DNA of 64,000 nt from NCBI GenBank assembly GCA_965198115.1, contig OZ240241.1:3680001-3744000 (forward strand). Reading direction: 5' to 3'. The position numbers were made by a program, and so were the translations under genes. The notes below the pieces were generated by a model. It was not told where the DNA came from. It was given only the letters and a program-made list of their open reading frames with translations, and searched no databases. Source of the stretch: Candidatus Latescibacterota bacterium. Its GTDB lineage: Bacteria; Latescibacterota; UBA2968. Below are positions 63,826 to 64,000 of this stretch, piece after piece. Position 1 is the first letter of the stretch. Each line of letters opens with the position of its first letter.

Positions 63826-64000
63826 ATGAGATATTCGCGTGTTCTGCTCAAACTCAGTGGCGCCGCCGTCTCGGGTGACGACGAATTCGGCTTCGACCCG
63901 TCCGCGCTCGAGTATATCGCCGACGAAATCATCGCCGTTCACGCTGCGGGCGCCCAGATAGGCATCGTCATCGGTGGTGGAAACATCTTTCGCGGCACGC
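63826..64000 (+). CDS. pyrH: UMP kinase (partial, runs off the right edge)
   Basis: Hand translation [24 protein letters not shown]...[11 protein letters not shown]. Confidence 0.8.
   Translation, partial: MRYSRVLLKLSGAAVSGDDEFGFDPSALEYIADEIIAVHAAGAQIGIVIGGGNIFRGT

Noticed and set aside
1-64000. CRISPR array or cas genes
   Set aside because: No regularly spaced identical repeats and no Cas motifs. The repeats present are IS copies and heterogeneous attC-like palindromes.

Overview
GC-rich bacterial chromosome segment from a diderm (BamA/Skp/LolA) that also carries McsA-McsB-ClpC. This combination suggests a Latescibacterota/Gemmatimonadota-like lineage, which is inference only. The window has three zones. 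(1) 1-19.0 kb is housekeeping: an ABC-F ATPase, a response regulator, and a long minus-strand cluster ftsK-lolA-prfB(+1 frameshift)-lysS-lolD-mcsA-mcsB-clpC-bamA-skp-fabZ that lacks the usual lolC/E, ctsR and lpx genes. (2) 19.0-43.4 kb is a decayed accessory island between an ISAzo13-type element and tRNA-Cys. It holds about 8 co-oriented attC-like sites (an integron cassette array with no visible integrase), with cassettes for VOC, phosphotransferase, methyltransferase, PhyH dioxygenases and GGCT. It is riddled with IS elements: four copies of one IS256-family element, a second IS256 type, an ISL3 tandem with abutted ends, and an IS1380 remnant. (3) 43.5-64 kb holds catabolic and miscellaneous genes, an HDOD-Zn ribbon-receiver protein, and a translationally coupled MoxR-type AAA+ / FwdC-like beta-helix / zincin-like-vWA trio. 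That trio is the best candidate for an undescribed system. No CRISPR array or rRNA was seen. All calls come from reading motifs; no database searches were run.
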